From sequence record MG922974.1: DNA of 24,000 nt; one strand, written 5' to 3'. Of this stretch, positions 17,620 to 24,000 are shown one piece after another; the stretch's first letter is position 1; every line of letters starts with the position of its first letter. The notes below the pieces were generated by a model. The model was not told the DNA's origin. It searched no databases and was given only the letters and a program-made list of their open reading frames with translations. The DNA is from Klebsiella phage KP8. The translations under genes and the position numbers were made by a program.

Positions 17620-19887
17620 TCAACCTACCGTAGTGTAACGTACTGTGAATACTAAGTATGTTCCTGCTGCTAACTCTGCAAGAGTACCCTTAGTGGAACC
17701 ATAGTAGTCTTTATTTAAGGAAAGGTAATAATTACCATCTGCCCCTAAAGTAAAAGATACCGTTCTCAGAGCATTAGCCACATCCTTGTAGGATGCCCTA
17801 GAAACAGTAACCTCAGGTACGGTATTGCCAAGTACCCCGGACGAAATGCTTGTTAATGGCACAGGCAACCCAACCATAGGAATATACAAACTAGAGTTGT
17901 ATGCATCAACGGCAGCAGGTAGTTGTAAAAAGTACTTAGCTTCGACCTGGTTTCTTGTACGAATATAGGATAGGAAGCTGTTGCCACCTAATGCCACATT
18001 AGCCGTACCATCGGTCAACCCGTTGGCTACGGTTGAAATAGGTGTTTTACTATTCTTGTACGCAATGGTTTCAAACAGTACTTCTTCCGTATCCCTAGTA
18101 AGATAATTTGTATCTTTGAAAGACAGGGGTTGTGTGTACTTCATGCCGTACCACAATGATTCCATAGTAGAGTATGCAGATGGTGTCTGTATACCAACTT
18201 GGTGTAGCGGCGTTTGTCTTGCTGCTGTAAGGGTATTAGAAAATACAGTCTGTCTAGACTGAGACGCAGTAATAACCGCCCCATCTGACGAAGCTTTGCT
18301 CTGTAAAGCATTAGATGGGCAAAACAGTACAACTCCCATCTTACCCTGGACTGCGGACGCAGGAGCAGATGTAAACAAAGCAATCCTGCTGGCATTACCG
18401 TAAGGCCAAGTCACATTATACGTATTTAGTGGTGAAGAATAAAAATCATTACCAGCACTGGAAGTAAGACCTGTGTTAGTAAATGGTGCCCTTTCTATAT
18501 AACAAGAATTGAGTTCACCAGCCCAAGTAATAGTTTGGAACTGAGTACCACAGATTGGGATACGGTGTCTTCCATGCACTTTAAGGTGGTCGATAAAAAT
18601 ACACTTGTTATAGTGCATACCCCTGGACATGTAATAGAAGGTTCGCCCTGCTACCCCACGGAATGGGTCTGTTTCCGTTGCGGCATATGCATCTGCTCCA
18701 GCATTGGTTAGTTTGGTCATTCGACCAGTACCACCATCTTCTACTTTGACTGAATGACGAGTCTTGTAAATATACTGGTCAAAATATGCATCTACCTTAG
18801 GATACACAGATGTTGCAGTCCACTCTTCTTTTTTCCCCTCATCCATAATGGAACGGAAGTAGACAAAGTCATTCCAACCTGCCGCCTGTACATCCGGTGC
18901 CGGATAGGGAGGTAACTTACTTTGCGGGTAGTTGCCTGCATTTCGTGTTTGCCACCAACCACCAGACAGGAACCCGGCAATTGTGTTGGACATGTGAATG
19001 TAACCAAATTCGCAGTGGTCCATACCAGCAGACAGGAAGCACATACCTACTGTATTGAATCGCATTGCTTCCCAATCTAACCACTGAGCAACACCGTCTG
19101 CAACGTATCCAATAAATGCATTGTAAATGGCAAACCCACTTAACTGGTTCTTTACCGTCTTAGACGAGTATCGGTTAGAACCGTTAGTAGCAGCTACATA
19201 GGTACCATCCCAGTTACTAACACGACCTACAAAAGCAATAGGTTGAGAGGTGCTAACAGTTGCAGCATCCCACGTAAAGGTTAATCGATTACTCCAAATA
19301 GAGGTGGAATAGATGTTAACCCCGTAAGGTAGGTCAATAAATACAGGAACAGAAATGGCCTCTTCAGGTGGTAGGGTAACTTCGGACGAGTCTGCAAGTC
19401 TATCTGGAGATACAGTACCATCGTCAAAGGGGAGTACCCATGTAGAGCCAGTAGAGCTAATGGTATAGCTACCTTGGAACCACACGTCATTAATACCGGT
19501 AATAGAAGCATAGGCTACTGCTGCACGGAATGCAGGACCCCAATCATTAGGTGAAGTATTGTGGGAAGAGAAGTCTTCAACCCAAATTTTGTTGGAAGCA
19601 CCTGCTACCAGCTTTGCCTCATTAAGTGTAACTGTTGAGCCAGTGGAGGTAGTTATAACTAAGCGTCCCAGTGAATCCACACTAGCAGAACCAACCGTTA
19701 TTGAATTACCTGACACCCAGTAACATTTTTGGTTAGCAGGATAGTATGCAATTGTGTAGCCCCCAATAGAGGTTCCTGGAGCTAGGTATGTAATCTCACT
19801 TACCTTTAGCCCAAATATTCGTGCAATAGTTTGTTTATTAACTTGCTTTGCTACCGGGCCGGATGGCTGGGTAAACATCTTATTCAT
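17620..19887 (-). CDS. Tailspike/depolymerase-like protein with beta-helix-type organisation (755 aa)
   Basis: Start at 19887 (MNKMFTQPSGPVAKQVNKQTIARIFGLKVSEITYLAPGTSIGGYTIAYY...) preceded by GAGGAT; head motif typical of phage tailspikes, followed by FSSHNTSPNDWGPAFRAAVAYA segment typical of pectate-lyase-fold spikes. Confidence 0.82.
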   Translation of the reverse strand: MNKMFTQPSGPVAKQVNKQTIARIFGLKVSEITYLAPGTSIGGYTIAYYPANQKCYWVSGNSITVGSASVDSLGRLVITTSTGSTVTLNEAKLVAGASNKIWVEDFSSHNTSPNDWGPAFRAAVAYASITGINDVWFQGSYTISSTGSTWVLPFDDGTVSPDRLADSSEVTLPPEEAISVPVFIDLPYGVNIYSTSIWSNRLTFTWDAATVSTSQPIAFVGRVSNWDGTYVAATNGSNRYSSKTVKNQLSGFAIYNAFIGYVADGVAQWLDWEAMRFNTVGMCFLSAGMDHCEFGYIHMSNTIAGFLSGGWWQTRNAGNYPQSKLPPYPAPDVQAAGWNDFVYFRSIMDEGKKEEWTATSVYPKVDAYFDQYIYKTRHSVKVEDGGTGRMTKLTNAGADAYAATETDPFRGVAGRTFYYMSRGMHYNKCIFIDHLKVHGRHRIPICGTQFQTITWAGELNSCYIERAPFTNTGLTSSAGNDFYSSPLNTYNVTWPYGNASRIALFTSAPASAVQGKMGVVLFCPSNALQSKASSDGAVITASQSRQTVFSNTLTAARQTPLHQVGIQTPSAYSTMESLWYGMKYTQPLSFKDTNYLTRDTEEVLFETIAYKNSKTPISTVANGLTDGTANVALGGNSFLSYIRTRNQVEAKYFLQLPAAVDAYNSSLYIPMVGLPVPLTSISSGVLGNTVPEVTVSRASYKDVANALRTVSFTLGADGNYYLSLNKDYYGSTKGTLAELAAGTYLVFTVRYTTVG

Positions 19888-19915
19888 GGGATAATCCTCA
19901 TGTTGTAGTTTTATT

Positions 19916-19947
19916 TTGGTAGCTAAGCGTAAATACTTAGCTACCAA
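19916..19947. repeat. Perfect 12-bp inverted repeat between the two tailspike genes
   Basis: TTGGTAGCTAAG-CGTAAATA-CTTAGCTACCAA. Confidence 0.85.
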
Positions 19948-19958
19948 TTTATTACCAA

Positions 19959-22436
19959 TTAAAACTCAGGTGCGTAGATACCCCTGACATTAATGGTAGC
20001 CCCTTCTCCACTTAGAGCTTCCGGTTTAATGAGAACATTGGGGATATTTACCACTACCCAAGGGTTCTGGTCATTGACTGTGACGCTACAATTAACACGG
20101 GTAGTAGCTGAGTTAGGGCAATGAACCGAAACATTAGCTGCCACCAAGGTACCATCCTCGGAACCATAGTAAGTTACACTAGGGTAGCTTTGGGTTATAC
20201 CGTGCGTAATGACTGCAACCCCAGGCGTACTAATGCTAACACTAATGATTTTGGGTAACCACTGAGGCACACTTAATGACTTAAGCGCCCTTATTTCACC
20301 TGTAACGGTATTAAGTAAGAAGGACAGGTTAGCATAGATAACAACCTTGACCTTATAGTCAGTACCTACGTTATAAGATTCTGCTGTAGCATAGAACCCC
20401 TGCTGAACCAGGTTCCTGCTGATACCAGCCGACATAGTAAACCAATACGCAGCTTTATCAGCTACAGTAAACTCCAGGGAGTTACCATCCTCTGCTAGAG
20501 TAACATTGTTTATGTTGGCCGGTCTCCACGTACCTGTATCATTATCCTTATAAAGCAGAGTCCATTTATTGGTTGAACTAGCCCAACGAACTGATGCTGC
20601 ACAATGTGCCGCACGAGACCAGGGAGCAATATCTCTGCTGTACTGATTAAGGTCCACATTGGTTTTGTTACTTAGTGCTGCACCAAAGCATGACCACAGA
20701 CCCCTGGCACCTTCCCTTCCCATCAGGTTATAACCCTTTTGAGTATAGTGTACGCCTTCAGACCCAACATTACCGTCTCTCAGTAAGAAAGAAGGGCAAC
20801 CATCAAAGACAGTTAACATCTTGTCTCTACCGTTGCATACGTATCGCTGAGCATTCTGGATGGTTGCCCAAGCATACTCAGGTCGGTTAATTGGACAACC
20901 AACAGTAAAGTTACAGAAACGAGTGAGTCCTACGTCAGCGTCCACATCAGTAAACAGTTGCAGCAAAGCTCCCCTGTACTCATCAAAAGTAGTTAGCTGC
21001 TGCTGGTTTGTTTCCCCCTGGTGGAAACACATAAAGGTAGCACCTACATTTAAACCTTGTACTGCCATCCTCGCTTTTGCTGCGGAGACTGCTGCAACCA
21101 TCTTCCCATAATAGTCAGAGTTACCTGTAGAGTGCCCTTTTGACAATTGTGCAATAGAGGTAGCACCTCGGCCACAATGTACAACTACAGCACCCCTACC
21201 TGATAAACGGTACCACTCATTACAAAAAGCTCCCCATGCGTGCCCGGAAGAAGCTACACCAGTAGAGCTAACAATGTTTTGTATGATTGGTTTAATAGTA
21301 CCGTCTGTGAAGTCATACATTAATGACTTAGGTAGAGGAGCGGGGAAACCAGAAGTATCCCCGGATAATATAGCTTCCCCAGCGGAGTTAGACTGCCCAT
21401 AGGTAATAATGACGTCGTATACGTCTGCATACTGAGAAAGGTGGGCAAGTGCATTAATACCCTGCTCTACAGTATTGCCGGATTCCAAAAGTACTATACT
21501 AGCCCCATCACCCTTAGTGCTAGAAGAAAGACGTTCCTCTAAACTTGGGTCAGAGACTAAAGTAAAATTAGATTTATCCGTAAGTTCCCAGGATGAGGAC
21601 GTATTGCCTGATGTACTATACGGTAACGTCACACTAGGTTTAATCTTGTAAACCTTACCACCGTAAGTAATAGTGGCATACATGTGCTTAATCGTTACTG
21701 GGCCTTCTGTGTATTCGCCATAGCTAACAACGACTCGCTTAAGTACATCTTCTACAGTTTCCCCGAAAGATGTACCAATGTTAGATGCTCCATCATTAGT
21801 CCTCAGTACAGAAAAAATATCAATGTCCATATCTGGGTCAGTTATACCAATGATGACTGTGACTAAGTTACCGGCTTCTAGCTCATCAGCTAAGGTGATG
21901 GTTCCGTCACCCTCGTTATAAGTGAAACCCTCCCCGACATCCTGACGAGAACCTTGCACGTAAATGGTCTGCACATCCACAATTGGCACATCAGTGGGTA
22001 ACTGAATTACAGTTTCACCGTCAGCAACAGCATGATATTTCCAGATACGCACAAAGGATGCATTGGAACCAGTAGCCTTTGTGCTAACCCAGGAACCAGT
22101 TGCAGATGGGTCATTGGGTTTAATGCCCGTTGTGTCGTCTGCTACATAAAGGTAATCAGTAAAGTAGTAACCAGCAGTTTCCGATTTATTATAGACACGT
22201 GCGAACTTACCAATAGACAGTGGGATGTCTTTAATTGCTTCCTCACTGTCTACAGTAATAATCAGGCCATACTTTTGCAGGTAGTTGTAGATATAAGTAA
22301 GGTTACCTAATGCAAGATATACCTCCTTTACTACGTGGTAAGCATCACCAATGATACGGTCTACTAATTGGTCAGCAGAACGAAAATCATTAGTGCACCC
22401 ACTACCACCTGTGTCAAACGGGTTATGAGAATTCAT
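19959..22436 (-). CDS. Anchor-type tailspike with SGNH/CE6-like carbohydrate esterase (deacetylase) domain (825 aa)
   Basis: MNSHNPFDTGGSGCTNDFRSADQLVDRIIGDAYHVVKEVYLALGN... adsorption-apparatus anchor type; ITYGQSNSAGE (block I), FHQGETNQQQ (block III), SEGVHYTQKGY (block V-like). Start at 22436 forms ATGA overlap with the upstream stop. Confidence 0.82.
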   Translation of the reverse strand: MNSHNPFDTGGSGCTNDFRSADQLVDRIIGDAYHVVKEVYLALGNLTYIYNYLQKYGLIITVDSEEAIKDIPLSIGKFARVYNKSETAGYYFTDYLYVADDTTGIKPNDPSATGSWVSTKATGSNASFVRIWKYHAVADGETVIQLPTDVPIVDVQTIYVQGSRQDVGEGFTYNEGDGTITLADELEAGNLVTVIIGITDPDMDIDIFSVLRTNDGASNIGTSFGETVEDVLKRVVVSYGEYTEGPVTIKHMYATITYGGKVYKIKPSVTLPYSTSGNTSSSWELTDKSNFTLVSDPSLEERLSSSTKGDGASIVLLESGNTVEQGINALAHLSQYADVYDVIITYGQSNSAGEAILSGDTSGFPAPLPKSLMYDFTDGTIKPIIQNIVSSTGVASSGHAWGAFCNEWYRLSGRGAVVVHCGRGATSIAQLSKGHSTGNSDYYGKMVAAVSAAKARMAVQGLNVGATFMCFHQGETNQQQLTTFDEYRGALLQLFTDVDADVGLTRFCNFTVGCPINRPEYAWATIQNAQRYVCNGRDKMLTVFDGCPSFLLRDGNVGSEGVHYTQKGYNLMGREGARGLWSCFGAALSNKTNVDLNQYSRDIAPWSRAAHCAASVRWASSTNKWTLLYKDNDTGTWRPANINNVTLAEDGNSLEFTVADKAAYWFTMSAGISRNLVQQGFYATAESYNVGTDYKVKVVIYANLSFLLNTVTGEIRALKSLSVPQWLPKIISVSISTPGVAVITHGITQSYPSVTYYGSEDGTLVAANVSVHCPNSATTRVNCSVTVNDQNPWVVVNIPNVLIKPEALSGEGATINVRGIYAPEF

Positions 22437-23140
22437 ATCCACCCTCTTCTTTCAAATAATGTATTGGTGTTCGATTCACTGCTGCTACCGAGGTCATAGT
22501 CCTTAACCTCTCCGCAGATTGACTCGTACATTTGCAAATACTCTGCTGCCTTGCTTGTACTCTCAGCAGTGTTGAGTCCAGTGTAATAGCTATACGCTAC
22601 CCAGTACTTTAATGCAGGCAGTAGGGAATCAGGTAGGTCTACTTCCTGGTTCTCACCATCTACAGTAAGAGTTGGATGCTTCGCCTGATAAGTTACCGTA
22701 AGTACCTCACAATGACGAGGGCGAATACACTGTAATGTGTCCGGTCTTGGGGTAAATAACCCATGAGGGTTGTGGTTGTCGTTTAGTCCTCGACGTTCCC
22801 CCAATGAATCATACACCATCAGTATCTTTATCACATTCTCTTCGAATGGGTTAGTTACTGAATCCATTATGAAAGGGTATTGGGCTAACTCTGGGTCAAA
22901 GCCCATAAATGAGTAACGCTTTAAAAGGGGATACTCTGTTCTGCCTTCCCTCATCTCTACGAATACATTCTCAGTCTTAAGAGGAAACCGACCATGTAGT
23001 CGGGTAAGACCCTCATTAATAAATTCAAGAATGTAATCTTTCTTGCTTGGCTCAATGTCCTTCTTATCATCAGTGACAACACTGGTGTTATTAAGGACGC
23101 TCAGAGCCAGACTCTTATACAGCTCGGTCAGCTTAATCAT
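22433..23140 (-). CDS. Virion/head-tail protein, N4 gp67-like (235 aa)
   Basis: ORF MIKLTELYKSLALSVLNNTSVVTDD...; immediately downstream of terminase as in N4-like phages. Confidence 0.75.
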   Translation of the reverse strand: MIKLTELYKSLALSVLNNTSVVTDDKKDIEPSKKDYILEFINEGLTRLHGRFPLKTENVFVEMREGRTEYPLLKRYSFMGFDPELAQYPFIMDSVTNPFEENVIKILMVYDSLGERRGLNDNHNPHGLFTPRPDTLQCIRPRHCEVLTVTYQAKHPTLTVDGENQEVDLPDSLLPALKYWVAYSYYTGLNTAESTSKAAEYLQMYESICGEVKDYDLGSSSESNTNTLFERRGWI

Positions 23141-23146
23141 AATTCC

Positions 23147-24000
23147 TCACACAATGTAGGAAGATAGTGGGTTGTTATCGTCTCTATCAAAGTCGTCATC
23201 CCACATTGGGTCACCGCTCTGATTGACAGGTACCATGCCTGCTTGTGGCTTCCATGGGTTTAAGTAACCCAGCATAGAGATTGTATCGATGCAGTCGTCC
23301 TTTCCTTTGAGACCATTGATGGTAGCCAGCTTAAGCTGCCCCATAAATAGCCCCATGATGGTAGAGCTACGCATCTCTTCTGGAAAATACATCTTACCAG
23401 TTTTGAACCAAGGAACTACAAGGTTAAAGCGAGAGAGCTTACTTGTTGCAGGACGAATACCAGGTTGTCCTCCATTAGAACTAGCAAAGTTAAAGAAGAC
23501 GTTACGGTTAAGCATCTCTCTTTGTAGCAGTGGGATGAATCCTCCTTGCTGACCAGTAATCTCTACACCCACTTGTTGTGGCTGGTATTCCTGAACCAGT
23601 CTGAATAAGTCATCGAACGTCTTATCCATGAGTTGGCGAGCACAAACACCGTCTACCCAGAACCAGTCACCGTTAGAGCTATAGGCCCATACGGATATTA
23701 CAGTGTAGTCACTATTATTCTTTTCACTAGTAGCAAAGTCAGTAGTGATATAGAAGTTGTAACAAGACTTCAGACGTAATAGTTGTTCTCGTGAGTACCA
23801 CTTAATCTCATTGTCCTGAACTAAACGTTCATCTTCAGAGCTGATACGTAGCATCAGTTCCTGATAGAAGCCAGCAAGTTTACCTGTCTTAACAGCCATG
23901 TCATATTGGTCGTGAATGTAATCGTATGTAAAACGGTCATCCCATGCACCCTGGAACTCCTCACGAGTACATGGAAACTTCTCACATACAGGCCATACGT
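23147..24000 (-). CDS. terL: Terminase large subunit, N4 gp68-like, C-terminal nuclease part; 5' end runs off the right edge
   Basis: Frame stays open to the edge (VWPVCEKFPCTREEFQGAWDDRFTYDYIHDQYDMAVKTGKLAGFYQELM...); RNase H-like nuclease motif YITTDFATSEKNNSDYTVISVWA. The track start at 23899 is an internal Met. Confidence 0.88.
   Translation of the reverse strand, partial: VWPVCEKFPCTREEFQGAWDDRFTYDYIHDQYDMAVKTGKLAGFYQELMLRISSEDERLVQDNEIKWYSREQLLRLKSCYNFYITTDFATSEKNNSDYTVISVWAYSSNGDWFWVDGVCARQLMDKTFDDLFRLVQEYQPQQVGVEITGQQGGFIPLLQREMLNRNVFFNFASSNGGQPGIRPATSKLSRFNLVVPWFKTGKMYFPEEMRSSTIMGLFMGQLKLATINGLKGKDDCIDTISMLGYLNPWKPQAGMVPVNQSGDPMWDDDFDRDDNNPLSSYIV

Noticed and set aside
19888-19947. 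N-terminal extension of the second tailspike (track start 19947)
   Set aside because: It would translate through the inverted repeat from a GTG/TTG-type codon; ATG at 19887 has GAGGAT RBS and the canonical spike head motif.
1-24000. N4 early vRNAP-type hairpin promoters, tRNAs, CRISPR arrays, transposons, defence or anti-defence cassettes
   Set aside because: Nothing recognisable on manual reading; the window is a compact virion/lysis module. Absence was not tested computationally.

Overview
The window is the virion, lysis and tail module of an N4-like podophage (Schitoviridae-type architecture). Every credible gene is on the minus strand. Read 24000->1, the order is: large terminase (partial), gp67-like virion protein, an anchor tailspike with an SGNH-type esterase signature, a second tailspike, a 58-aa ORF missing from the supplied track, a strong terminator, an overlapping lysis cassette (coiled-coil membrane protein, holin candidate, SAR endolysin, Rz with nested Rz1), portal, gp58-like, gp57-like scaffold-type protein, major capsid protein, gp55-like, gp54-like, gp53-like 886-aa protein, gp52-like, gp51-like with a lysozyme/transglycosylase-like motif, terminator, and the first 1251 codons of the giant virion RNA polymerase. 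The vRNAP ORF is also absent from the track because its stop lies outside the window. I found no CRISPR array, tRNA or clear non-phage defence system. The most interesting points are the two-spike adsorption apparatus with an unusual E-G-V-H block, several perfect stem-loops (intergenic, and a tandem pair at the 5' end of the scaffold-like gene), the terminator/palindrome region before vRNAP, and the layered lysis cassette. Family assignments are from recognition of protein sequence and gene order, not from a database search.
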